A stretch of DNA of 64,000 nucleotides, taken from IMG/VR virus record IMGVR_UViG_3300008267_009718, positions 66-64,065 of that record; one strand, 5' to 3'. Below the pieces are notes generated by a model that worked only from the letters and a program-made list of their open reading frames with translations, had not been told where the DNA came from and did no database searches. Shown one piece after another: positions 49,065 through 58,580 of this stretch (position 1 is its first letter; each line of letters opens with the position of its first letter). Position numbers and translations under genes: made by a program. This stretch comes from a virus (taxonomy: Duplodnaviria > Caudoviricetes).

Positions 49065-50075
49065 TTAAAATATTTTTGGTTCTATATTAAATATAACTTT
49101 AGATCTCGATACTACATCATAATCTGAGTTTCTAAATATCAAAATTTGATTCTTATTAGCAAAAATAATTCTGTCAACTTTTCTTTTTGATTTGTAATCT
49201 CTCATACCATAAGTATTTATTATATATTTCCCATCTTTTTCGTAAAAAGAAGACATTGGTTTAATCTGACAGTTCAAACCAGAGATTGTAACATCTATTC
49301 CATACCACCTATCCATTTTAGAACCAAAAGGATAGTAAACAACATCAGATATACCCAATTTAGTTATAACATTATTAACTGATTGTTTTTCTAATTTTAT
49401 ACCACTTTCAATAGATTTCCATTGACGATTAACCAAAAAATTAATAAATTCTTTGTCATTTCTAAATGTAGACACTAACCAATCGGACATATCTTCATTA
49501 GAATCTAACTCTTTATATCTCAAATATAATAAATCGTGAATTTCTAATTTGGTATCAAAATAATTCATAATCGACCAATCTTCTAAAGGGTCTCCGATTT
49601 TATCACCAATAGTGTAAATTCCTCTCAATCCAGCACTATAAATCTCATCTTCTTCCATCCAATTATCAGGAAAAGCCATTTTGAGGGATGATAATATTGT
49701 TTTAGAATTTATACCAATAGTTGAGGGAACGGAAGAACCCTCTATTTTATAATTTTTGTCAAATTCATCTTTATCAATACTTATTACCTCTCTTTCAGGT
49801 TGGATTTTAATCTTATCTTTATCAAATATAAAATCACCTGAGCTACCAACAATTTTAATTTTTCCTGGTATTGGGTTTTTATCTTCCACAGATTTTACTT
49901 TATTGAAAAAATATTTTTTAGTTCTCCCCTTTTCCCAAAGTTTTACTGATAAATAAGTGTATTTTGTCGGCTCCACATTATTATCAATATCATCTTCTGA
50001 AGACTCAATTAATTTTTTTACTCTGAAATATTGTGATTCAGACAAAATAATTTTCATTTTATTTAAATTTTTCAT
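49065..50075 (-). CDS. Hypothetical protein with KIILSESQ leader and PD-(D/E)XK nuclease-like C-terminus
   Basis: GIKLE...KMDRWYGIDV...CQIKP resembles a restriction-endonuclease-like active site. Confidence 0.5.
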   Translation of the reverse strand: MKNLNKMKIILSESQYFRVKKLIESSEDDIDNNVEPTKYTYLSVKLWEKGRTKKYFFNKVKSVEDKNPIPGKIKIVGSSGDFIFDKDKIKIQPEREVISIDKDEFDKNYKIEGSSVPSTIGINSKTILSSLKMAFPDNWMEEDEIYSAGLRGIYTIGDKIGDPLEDWSIMNYFDTKLEIHDLLYLRYKELDSNEDMSDWLVSTFRNDKEFINFLVNRQWKSIESGIKLEKQSVNNVITKLGISDVVYYPFGSKMDRWYGIDVTISGLNCQIKPMSSFYEKDGKYIINTYGMRDYKSKRKVDRIIFANKNQILIFRNSDYDVVSRSKVIFNIEPKIF

Positions 50076-50584
50076 AATCCTCTAAATTCATTAGGTCCAA
50101 CAGGAGATGCAGAAATTGTTCTATAAAAAGGTTTATAACCACCATAAGTATGTTTGTTGTCGGAAACAACACGACCATCATTATTTACGGTATAATATCT
50201 CACAACAGTTTCACTCTCATAATAACCAATATAATCACCAAAATTAATATCAACACCTAATTCGTCTAAAGTTTTTTGATAAATTGATATCCTAACATTA
50301 CCAGGTTCCATTTGATCAATCCTTGTAGTTCCCATCATTTTATTTTCAGGTGCCGATACTTGTATATATGCATTAAACTCAACAGGAGGTAAAAACTTAA
50401 TACCATCTTCTAAAGTCTCACCATACACATCATCTGTTTTTGTTTTATATCTGTCAATACGATAAAGGACACAAGTAAAATTCATATCACCAATTAACCA
50501 TTCTTCACCCATAGAAATATCAAGATTATAGTCGTTTTCACCAAAAAATTTACCTAACCTTGTTATTGGAACTTTATTTGACAT
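50072..50584 (-). CDS. Neck / head-closure protein (T4 gp14-like)
   Basis: VLYRID...DDVYGE...KFLPPVE...GDYIGY; upstream of the tail terminator. Confidence 0.6.
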   Translation of the reverse strand: MSNKVPITRLGKFFGENDYNLDISMGEEWLIGDMNFTCVLYRIDRYKTKTDDVYGETLEDGIKFLPPVEFNAYIQVSAPENKMMGTTRIDQMEPGNVRISIYQKTLDELGVDINFGDYIGYYESETVVRYYTVNNDGRVVSDNKHTYGGYKPFYRTISASPVGPNEFRGL

Positions 50585-50586
50585 AA

Positions 50587-50641
50587 AAACAGTTTTATTG
50601 ATAAATATCTAAATAATAATTATTATTGTATAAAACTGTTT
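50587..50641. promoter_or_regulatory. Divergent promoter region with 12-bp inverted repeat and 16-bp palindrome
   Basis: AAACAGTTTTAT (50587-98) / ATAAAACTGTTT (50630-41); AATAATAATTATTATT (50612-27); TTGATA-N17-TATTAT on +; TATTTAT on -. Confidence 0.55.
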
Positions 50642-50644
50642 ATT

Positions 50645-52354
50645 TTGGAGATTACCTCGAAAACAATAGAACAAAAAGCATTAGATATTTTAGAAGTGTA
50701 TTCGGGTGCTAACAATTTTATTTTGTATCTAAAAGAAAAAAAAGAAAAAAGTAAAAAATTCTACCCAACAAGGACACAATCTGATTACATAAATTCGTAT
50801 TATAATGTTAGACCGAAAATAGCAAGAAAATGGGTTGAGTTAGATACTTATTTTGCTAAAAAATTCGCGGAAGAAAAGTATTTGTTTCAAACCCCTGAGG
50901 GAAAATTTTTTGAAAAAGACGTTTTATCTGAATTTTGGATTCCTAAGTCAGCATTAATTAAATCCCATACGGTAGAAAAAGTTGAGATTGACTATTCTAA
51001 ATACGAACATCGTCCTCCACTTTCACATCAAAAAGAAGCAATAGAAAAATTGGTTGGTTCTCGTAGATTTATATTGGCTGACGATATGGGACTTGGTAAA
51101 ACCACATCAACTATTATTGCGGCGTTAGAAACGGGAGCTAAAAAGATTTTAATTATCTGTCCCGCATCACTTAAAATAAATTGGCAAAGAGAAATCGAAA
51201 ACTATTCAGATAGAAGTGTGTATATTGCCGAAGGTAAAAAGTATTCTACCGAATCGGACTTTGTTATTGTCAATTATGATATATTAAAAAACTTTCACGA
51301 TATTAAAGATATATCAAACTCACTACTTGTTCAGTCAAATTTTGAACTTGTTATTTTAGATGAAGCTCATATGGTATCTAATGCACAAGCACAAAGGACA
51401 AAAATAATTAACAACTTTGTTAAAAATATAAAAAGAGTTTGGTTACTCACAGGAACACCAATGACATCACGTCCGATGAATTATTATAATCTTTTGAGTA
51501 TCATCGAAAGTCCCGTTGCACAGAATTGGATGGCTTATGCTATCCGATACTGTCAGGGATACCAATTCAAAGCGGGCAATAGAAAAGTATGGAATGTTCA
51601 AGGAGCATCAAATTTAGAAGAACTAAGAGACAGAACATCAAAACAAATATTAAGAAGATTAAAAGAAGATGTTCTTGATTTACCTGATAAAATTATATCA
51701 CCCATATATTTGAGATTACAATCAAAAGATTATGAAGAAATGATGGGAGAGTATTATGATTGGTATGATAACAAATCAGACGAATCATCATCTTTAACAA
51801 TTCAGTTCAGTAAATTGATGAAGGTTAGAAAAATAATTGCAAATGAAAAAGTTAAAAACACTATTGAATTTGCGGAAAACATAATTGAGCAGGGTAAAAA
51901 GGTTATCATATTTACAAATTTTACAGATACTTTACAACTGATACATAATCATTTTGGTAAACAATCCGTTTATTTAGACGGTAGTTGTACAAAACCCCAA
52001 AGGCAATATGCCGTAGATCAATTCCAAGAAAATGAAAAGATTAAAGTATTTGTAGGTAATCTTAAAGCAGCAGGTGTTGGTTTAACTTTAACTTCTGCTG
52101 AGGTTGTTATTATGAATGATTTATCATTCGTTCCTGCGGAACACGCACAAGCCGAAGATAGAGCTTATCGTTATGGACAAAAAAATAATGTTCTTGTTTA
52201 TTATCCTTTATTTGATAATACAATTGAGGGTGCAATCTATGATATTTTAAATAGAAAAAAACAAATTATTAATACCGTAATGGGAGATACCTCAATAGAA
52301 AGTGGTGGAGATACTGTTGAGGAAATACTTAACTCTATTAACTCAATGAGATAA
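50645..52354 (+). CDS. SNF2-family (SMARCAL1/HARP-like) helicase, TTG start
   Basis: LADDMGLGKT, DEAH, LTGTP, GVGLTL, QAEDRAYRYGQ. Confidence 0.92.
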   Translation: MEITSKTIEQKALDILEVYSGANNFILYLKEKKEKSKKFYPTRTQSDYINSYYNVRPKIARKWVELDTYFAKKFAEEKYLFQTPEGKFFEKDVLSEFWIPKSALIKSHTVEKVEIDYSKYEHRPPLSHQKEAIEKLVGSRRFILADDMGLGKTTSTIIAALETGAKKILIICPASLKINWQREIENYSDRSVYIAEGKKYSTESDFVIVNYDILKNFHDIKDISNSLLVQSNFELVILDEAHMVSNAQAQRTKIINNFVKNIKRVWLLTGTPMTSRPMNYYNLLSIIESPVAQNWMAYAIRYCQGYQFKAGNRKVWNVQGASNLEELRDRTSKQILRRLKEDVLDLPDKIISPIYLRLQSKDYEEMMGEYYDWYDNKSDESSSLTIQFSKLMKVRKIIANEKVKNTIEFAENIIEQGKKVIIFTNFTDTLQLIHNHFGKQSVYLDGSCTKPQRQYAVDQFQENEKIKVFVGNLKAAGVGLTLTSAEVVIMNDLSFVPAEHAQAEDRAYRYGQKNNVLVYYPLFDNTIEGAIYDILNRKKQIINTVMGDTSIESGGDTVEEILNSINSMR

Positions 52355-52382
52355 AACTATCAATGAATGATATTTATTGATA

Positions 52383-53474
52383 ATGAACGTATCAATAAAA
52401 TATCATAATTCCGATTTACCTAAAAAAGATCACAATCTTTATGAGGATTTTATAAAGTTTTTAAACACAAAATTCCCTCTTAAACATAAAGTAGGTATAG
52501 TATTTACCGGTGAGAGAATAGGAGGTATGACTACAGGTAGTCGAAACACCAAACACATTATAAAAGTCTTAACAAAGAAAAGACTTAATAGAGACATAAT
52601 GAGGACATTAGCTCACGAATGGATTCACGAATATCAACTTGGTGTTTTAGGAAGAGAAAAAGGTTCAGATATTGGGGGTAGAAATGAAGATGAAGCAAAT
52701 GCATATGCTGGTAGAATTATAAAAATGTTTGAAAAAAAATTTCCACAATATGATGAATCAATATTTGAGGGGTATAAAAAACTAACAAAAAAAATTGACT
52801 TAATTACTGAACAAATAGAAATTAAAAACAAAGAAAATGTTCAGAAGGAATTCTTGATGGAAATGAAAAAAATCGGAATTGATAAATTACCTTATTCATA
52901 TTCCGCAATCAAAAGATTTGTTGATCCTGAGACAATGGATATACACTATAATAAACATTACAAAGGATACGTAAAAAAATTAAATGATGCACTTTCAAGT
53001 AGAAAGGGGGATTTAGAACTTGAGGATATTATTAAATCAATAAGCAAGTTTGATACTAAAGTTAGAAACAACGCTGGTGGAGCATTTAATCATGCATTAT
53101 TTTGGAAAATGTTGTCCCCCACAAAACAAACACCTAAAGGTATTGTTGTTGATAAAATAAAAAAACAATATGGTTCATTTAATAAATTCAAAGAAGAATT
53201 TAATAAAACCGCATTAGATAGATTTGGTTCGGGATGGGCTTGGTTAATATTAACTAAGACAGGAAGATTAAAAATTATGTCAACACCAAACCAAGATAAC
53301 CCATTAATGAACGTGATTGAGGGTGGGGGTTACCCGATTCTTGGGCTTGATGTTTGGGAACACGCATATTATTTAAGATACAGAAACAAAAGAGACCAAT
53401 ACATTAAAAACTTTTGGGATTGTGTAAATTGGGAATTTGTAAATGAACTATATGATTTAAGAATGAAAAAATAA
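52383..53474 (+). CDS. sodA: Fusion of an N-terminal HEXXH metallopeptidase-like domain and a Mn/Fe superoxide dismutase
   Basis: RTLAHEWIHEYQ...NEDEAN; SOD motifs LPYSY, HYNKHYKGY, NAGGAFNHALFW, FGSGWAWL, NQDNP, DVWEHAYY. Start set at ATG 52383 after TATTTAT. Confidence 0.85.
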   Translation: MNVSIKYHNSDLPKKDHNLYEDFIKFLNTKFPLKHKVGIVFTGERIGGMTTGSRNTKHIIKVLTKKRLNRDIMRTLAHEWIHEYQLGVLGREKGSDIGGRNEDEANAYAGRIIKMFEKKFPQYDESIFEGYKKLTKKIDLITEQIEIKNKENVQKEFLMEMKKIGIDKLPYSYSAIKRFVDPETMDIHYNKHYKGYVKKLNDALSSRKGDLELEDIIKSISKFDTKVRNNAGGAFNHALFWKMLSPTKQTPKGIVVDKIKKQYGSFNKFKEEFNKTALDRFGSGWAWLILTKTGRLKIMSTPNQDNPLMNVIEGGGYPILGLDVWEHAYYLRYRNKRDQYIKNFWDCVNWEFVNELYDLRMKK

Positions 53475-53498
53475 AATATTTATATAAAAACAATTATT

Positions 53499-54623
53499 AT
53501 GGCAATCATACCAGAACCTGAAAGATCTAAGTTATACACCCAAATTAGACACCTATTAGGGGCACCATTAAGGAGTGTTGAATTAGAAGACGAACAAATG
53601 GATACTTTACTTGAGTTTGCCATAGATCAATACTCCCAATCCGTTAATGATTGGTTAATAGAATCGCAATGGACAAGTTTGTGGAATTTAAATATAGAGA
53701 CTCAATCATTATCACGTGCTTTTGTAACAAAAAGTTTAGACTATGAAACCAGATATACATATGCATATTCAAAAATTGTTGGTTTACAAGCCGGTGGTGA
53801 ATGGGAATTAAAAAAGGATTACATTCAGTTGGTTCCTAATCAACAAATTTATGAAATACCTGCAAATAGAGAAATTAATGAATTACTATGGTTTACTCCC
53901 GCAGAATTAAATAATATGTTGTTCGACCCTTGGACGTTTGGTGGTATTGCAGGAGGTGGTATATCAGGACCGGCAGGATACGCGCAACTTGGTAATATGT
54001 CAGGTTCATATTTTATGATGCCAGCATTTGATATGTTATTAAGAATGCAAGAAATCAATATCCAAAGAAGAATCATTGCAGGTGATTTAACGTATAGAAT
54101 TACCGCATTACCTGGTGGTAAGAAAGCTATACATTTAATGAACACACCAGGAGGTAAATTTGATTTCGGTAATTCCACATTAGCAAAAGGTAAAGTATGG
54201 TATTGGTATTATGATGTTGGTCCCGAGGATAGAGATAATTGTTTGAAGTCAAATCCTGACATAATTAAATTACCTTCTGACGTACCTATCGATAAATTAT
54301 CTTGGGTTGATTTAAATCACCCAGCACAAGTTTGGGTTAGAAATTGGTTTATTGCTAGTTGTAAAGAAGTTTTATCAAAAGTTAGAGGTAAATTTAGTGG
54401 TAACCTTAAAACACCAGATTCTGAACTTACAATGGATTATCAATCTTTGGCAACAGAAGGAAAAGACGAAAAAACAAAATTGGTTGAGGAATTGACAGGT
54501 GCTGAAGGTAAGTTGACAAGACTACGCCCTGATAAAGTTTTAGAGAGAGAGGCTTTACTTGCAGAAAATCTTAATAAAACTTTAAAGTTCAGGGCGTTCC
54601 CAAGACAAATTTATGTAATATGA
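53499..54623 (+). CDS. Neck / head-tail adaptor protein (T4 gp13-like)
   Basis: IRHLLGAPLRSVELEDEQM and KEVLSKVRGKFSG...LTMDYQSLATEGKDEK. Confidence 0.7.
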   Translation: MAIIPEPERSKLYTQIRHLLGAPLRSVELEDEQMDTLLEFAIDQYSQSVNDWLIESQWTSLWNLNIETQSLSRAFVTKSLDYETRYTYAYSKIVGLQAGGEWELKKDYIQLVPNQQIYEIPANREINELLWFTPAELNNMLFDPWTFGGIAGGGISGPAGYAQLGNMSGSYFMMPAFDMLLRMQEINIQRRIIAGDLTYRITALPGGKKAIHLMNTPGGKFDFGNSTLAKGKVWYWYYDVGPEDRDNCLKSNPDIIKLPSDVPIDKLSWVDLNHPAQVWVRNWFIASCKEVLSKVRGKFSGNLKTPDSELTMDYQSLATEGKDEKTKLVEELTGAEGKLTRLRPDKVLEREALLAENLNKTLKFRAFPRQIYVI

Positions 54624-54979
54624 GTATAAGAATTGAAGACATATCCCCAAGAAAAAATGTTGTAAGATACAAAACACAAACAACACCTAAAACATCAAAC
54701 ATAGTAACTGATAAAATTGTCACAACTGAACATCATAAAATTGATGAGGAATTATTAGTTATAGTTAAAGATGTTGAAAATTCGGAAGTTACTTTGAACT
54801 CAGAAAAAAACAAAACAGTTACCATTAAATCTTTGACAACTGTTTTGATTAAATCTGATGTAGGTATGATTGATGAAGAATGGGACGAATTACTTTTAGA
54901 AAAAGGAGCTTGTGTTCAATTTCAGTTTGTAGAAGGTAATTGGTATATATTATCCTCCGACGGTCTCAAAATGTCTTAA
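54620..54979 (+). CDS. Hypothetical protein (119 aa, beta-rich C-terminus)
   Basis: ORF coupled to the neck gene by ATGA overlap. Confidence 0.6.
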   Translation: MSIRIEDISPRKNVVRYKTQTTPKTSNIVTDKIVTTEHHKIDEELLVIVKDVENSEVTLNSEKNKTVTIKSLTTVLIKSDVGMIDEEWDELLLEKGACVQFQFVEGNWYILSSDGLKMS

Positions 54980-57781
54980 TTCATCTTCTTTTAAAAATTT
55001 CATCATAAATGGATCCGCCAATTTATACATATGAAATGGTGAAACACCTACATTCGTCCAAAATTCCATTTCCTCATTTGATATTTCCATCACATCTTCT
55101 AACTTATCTTGATCTTCTTCTTTGAACGGTTGTCCATTAATGAGTTGACATTGTTCTGTAGTAAAAAAACCTCTTTCTTCAGGATTTTTAATTAATAGAT
55201 TATTTCTAACTTCTTTTTGAAATACAACTAATAAAGGTTCAACTCGTTTATTGAATGTAACAATTGCTCTTTGGATGTTGTACTCACCTAACATATCAGG
55301 ATTGTTTTCTAAATCTATTGGGTCTAATCTATAACAATTTAATTGGATTATTGATTCCCAACTATCATCAGGATAGGTGCCGTAACCCTGATAATAACTA
55401 TCTAAATGTTCTTGTGCCCAACCCTTTTTTGGTTTGTTAACCTTTTGAACATCTCCATGTGATGCCTTTGTTCCATTATTAACATAATAAATTATATCAC
55501 CAAGATTCACATTTAAATTTTCTCTGATTGCAAGTTCCATATGTGCTTGTCTTGACATTAACGCTCCCGCCTTTGTTCTTGTTTTACTTCTTGCAACATA
55601 GTCATCAATAGATTGTTTTACCTTTGACTTATTGGCAATTTGAGCCAAAGGAATTTTCTGATCGAATATTCTTTGTAGGTATTCATAATAGTATTCTACA
55701 AATCCTTTACCATCACCATCAAGTAACATTTTAATTGCTTTATCTAAAAACACCTCAATATACTTTGGCATTTTTTTAGATTTAATTGAGTTACCTGTAA
55801 GTTTAATTTTACCTTTACCTGTGATAAGGGCGTAGTTCTTTCTTGCTAAGTTAATACAGGCAGGCCACTGTCCATCAGTGTCAAGAGCCATCTCACCCCT
55901 CATTGCTAAGTCATTAAACTCCATCACGTCAGCTTCCTCACCCACATATTCTTTACCCTCTTTAACTTTCCAGTTTAATCCTTTACCAATATATCTTCTA
56001 CTTTCTACACCATCAGGAACTGAAAAGTTAATACCATCCGTATCCATTACAAGTGGTGTATATCCTCTATCCATAAAGAAATGAATCATCATTCGTAAGT
56101 ATTGCCTACCAGTACAGGTAATCATTTCTCCTTTATTCATATCACCCCAATGAAAAACTTGAGGTGCTGACAATGAACCAAAGAATGCGTTAATAAAAAT
56201 TTTAATTGGTAATTGTTTTCTATCAAAAGAAAGTGACTTCTTCTTATCAATACTTGCGTATTCCTCAGCCAAGTTCTTATACATAATACGGGTTGTTCTA
56301 AAATGAGATAACAATCCCTTCATCGCACCTGTTATATCACATTCGGGAAATACATCGTGAACCAACTGAATTGATGGATAAAGTGAAGAGTAGTCAAGTT
56401 TTAATACGTTTCTTGAGTATCCTGTTCTAATTAATCTTGATAACCCACCAACAAAGTTTCTCTTCTCGTTTTTTGCTGGAATTGCAAGTCCGTGTTTATA
56501 AGACCACGCTAACATCAACATTTTCCATAATGTTGCAGTTCCCATTGTTGAAACCCTTTCATAAGTTGTTGGTACAAGTGATGCAAGTAAGAATGTCCCT
56601 TGATTGAACTCCTCATCAACAAGTAGGGTTTCCTCCAAGTCATCGTCAAGATATCTCTCTACGATATCATCACCTGTTGTTTTAATATAAACATCACTTC
56701 TTCTTTCACAAACCTCATCAATTTTAGAATCAACACCAACCTTTTTATATCCTCCGTTTTGAATGTTTAACCAATAGTCTTCTTTTTTTGCATACATAGA
56801 ACCAATTTTGGTATGTTCGATGTAGATACGATCTTTAGCTTCAGCATCAATAAACTTTGTAATATATTTTAGTCCGGCTTCTTTAATGTTAGAATTAATT
56901 GCCTGAGCTCTTCTAACAGAATGAAGTATATCAATTACATTATAACCCCACATTTGAACTTGATTATACTTTTCAACCTCGTTTGCCAACTTTAACATTG
57001 ATTCTTTTTGAGCAATTGGTTTCATTCGGTTTAAGGAGGTTGGTAATTTTTTTAAATCAAGATTAAGAGCCTTACTCCTCTCAAATATCCAATACCAGTC
57101 GAAGTTCGCAGAATTATATCCACCTATTATTGAGGGTTTTAATTTATCTATTATTTCAAAGAATTCCACAATACCTCTTCTTTCTTCATCTTCATCCTTA
57201 CATTCAATAACTTTAAGAAAACCCTTGTTGGTTTTCATACCTATCATAAATATCCTACCGTCTTTTGGTTCTAAAGCGGTAGTCTCTAAGTCGAATACAA
57301 ATCTTGTGATATCGTTGTATTCTTCATAACCTTTAAATAATCTTTTTTCTTTTGAAATTAAATATTGCTCAACGGGGGGAAGAATCATTATTTTATCTTT
57401 AACTCTTTCGCCCCAAGGATCTATCCCTCCATCTCTAAAAAACTGTATTAGTTCTCTATAACCTTTGATTGACTTCACAATAAAAGTAAGTCCGTTTTCT
57501 AATCTTTCATCACCATCAGTTCTAAGCTTTTCTATCACAATACCATACTTAGACATTGCACTTTTTTGTAAATCTTTAGATGATTGATAAAAATTTAAAC
57601 CTCTTAAATCTCCTACCCACCCAAAAGAGGTAAAGTTTTCTTTTTGTAGTGATTTTCCTTTTTCAGGACAGTCTTTTACTTTGTAGATACAATTGGCGGC
57701 ATAATCGTATTCAATTGAGACAATAAATTTTTCAGGATCTGAACCTTCTAAAAAGGACTGAATTTCTTCGGATGATATCAT
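54950..57781 (-). CDS. polB: Family B DNA polymerase
   Basis: Exo FDLETT, GYNSANFD; polymerase DYSSLYPS, KIFINAFFG, MDTDG, KNYA. Confidence 0.95.
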   Translation of the reverse strand: MISSEEIQSFLEGSDPEKFIVSIEYDYAANCIYKVKDCPEKGKSLQKENFTSFGWVGDLRGLNFYQSSKDLQKSAMSKYGIVIEKLRTDGDERLENGLTFIVKSIKGYRELIQFFRDGGIDPWGERVKDKIMILPPVEQYLISKEKRLFKGYEEYNDITRFVFDLETTALEPKDGRIFMIGMKTNKGFLKVIECKDEDEERRGIVEFFEIIDKLKPSIIGGYNSANFDWYWIFERSKALNLDLKKLPTSLNRMKPIAQKESMLKLANEVEKYNQVQMWGYNVIDILHSVRRAQAINSNIKEAGLKYITKFIDAEAKDRIYIEHTKIGSMYAKKEDYWLNIQNGGYKKVGVDSKIDEVCERRSDVYIKTTGDDIVERYLDDDLEETLLVDEEFNQGTFLLASLVPTTYERVSTMGTATLWKMLMLAWSYKHGLAIPAKNEKRNFVGGLSRLIRTGYSRNVLKLDYSSLYPSIQLVHDVFPECDITGAMKGLLSHFRTTRIMYKNLAEEYASIDKKKSLSFDRKQLPIKIFINAFFGSLSAPQVFHWGDMNKGEMITCTGRQYLRMMIHFFMDRGYTPLVMDTDGINFSVPDGVESRRYIGKGLNWKVKEGKEYVGEEADVMEFNDLAMRGEMALDTDGQWPACINLARKNYALITGKGKIKLTGNSIKSKKMPKYIEVFLDKAIKMLLDGDGKGFVEYYYEYLQRIFDQKIPLAQIANKSKVKQSIDDYVARSKTRTKAGALMSRQAHMELAIRENLNVNLGDIIYYVNNGTKASHGDVQKVNKPKKGWAQEHLDSYYQGYGTYPDDSWESIIQLNCYRLDPIDLENNPDMLGEYNIQRAIVTFNKRVEPLLVVFQKEVRNNLLIKNPEERGFFTTEQCQLINGQPFKEEDQDKLEDVMEISNEEMEFWTNVGVSPFHMYKLADPFMMKFLKEDELRHFETVGG

Positions 57782-57871
57782 TATATATATTTTTTAGGTT
57801 TGGTGTATTCTCTGACTCACAAAGGAGGCATTTACCTTCAATCCTAAATATATTAAATAGTTGATAACAAA

Positions 57872-58111
57872 TCAAACATCAGAATAAAGTCTTTTAACAT
57901 ATTGGGCAACTTCATTTTTTGTCCATTCCCTTTTTGAATCATATTCTTCTCCTTCCCACACAATAATTGGATCAGGTATTTCTTTTAAAAATACTATAAC
58001 TTTTTTTTGTTCCACAAAATCAATGATTCTCTCTATAGTTAAACTATTAAAGGTTTGGCGTTTTTCTTGTACAACAACAATTTCTTTTGGGTTTATAATT
58101 TCTATTCTCAT
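57872..58111 (-). CDS. Hypothetical protein (79 aa)
   Basis: Plausible ORF with A-rich leader. Confidence 0.6.
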   Translation of the reverse strand: MRIEIINPKEIVVVQEKRQTFNSLTIERIIDFVEQKKVIVFLKEIPDPIIVWEGEEYDSKREWTKNEVAQYVKRLYSDV

Positions 58112-58127
58112 ATTTTTTTATTTTAAT

Positions 58128-58544
58128 TTATGTACAACAAGGAAAATCAATAACATAACAAGATTCGTAATCTAAATCGTCCGCAATATAACTTTCTTGA
58201 ACATTTATAAAAAGTTGTTCTCTAATCGGTAATATAAGTGTTCCATCATCGTTTCTTAATAAAAACTGTCCCTCATATCTACCAACTTTATTTGTGTCTT
58301 TTGGGTTAAATTTATAATAAATATAATATTCAGGAGTGGCATTAGGTTCTATTTGAATTTTTTCCACAAACCCCGCAGGTCTTGTAGTTATTTTGGGTAT
58401 TCCCGTTTCAACGTTAACCATTGAAAAAAATATAGCGGATTCCTCTATCATATTCATAAATTTATTATAATCACTTCTTCCGTCTTTAACAACTTGGAGT
58501 TTTAAAACTGGAAGTGTTGCATTTTTTTTGATGTAGAATTCCAT
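58128..58544 (-). CDS. BppU-N-like Ig-fold virion protein
   Basis: FYIKKNATLPVLK...YYKFNPKDTNKVGRYEGQF...LILP; TATTTAT upstream. Confidence 0.55.
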   Translation of the reverse strand: MEFYIKKNATLPVLKLQVVKDGRSDYNKFMNMIEESAIFFSMVNVETGIPKITTRPAGFVEKIQIEPNATPEYYIYYKFNPKDTNKVGRYEGQFLLRNDDGTLILPIREQLFINVQESYIADDLDYESCYVIDFPCCT

Positions 58545-58580
58545 TAATAGTTTTTACTATAAATATACGGAAAAGAAAAT

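Larger units (their letters stand above)
855..58565. promoter_or_regulatory. Recurring coding-strand TATTTAT motif upstream of genes (putative phage late promoter)
   Basis: Minus-strand copies at 855, 7346, 16409, 19223, 22850, 27311, 39741, 41630, 43174, 44108, 47774, 50601, 58559; plus-strand copies at 47817, 52371, 53477. Each lies about 5-40 nt before a start codon in the gene's orientation. Confidence 0.7.

Noticed and set aside
19563-57781. Inteins or introns in nrdJ, helicase, recA or polB
   Set aside because: Lengths are normal, catalytic motifs are contiguous, and no C...HN-[CST] intein ends or LAGLIDADG motifs were seen
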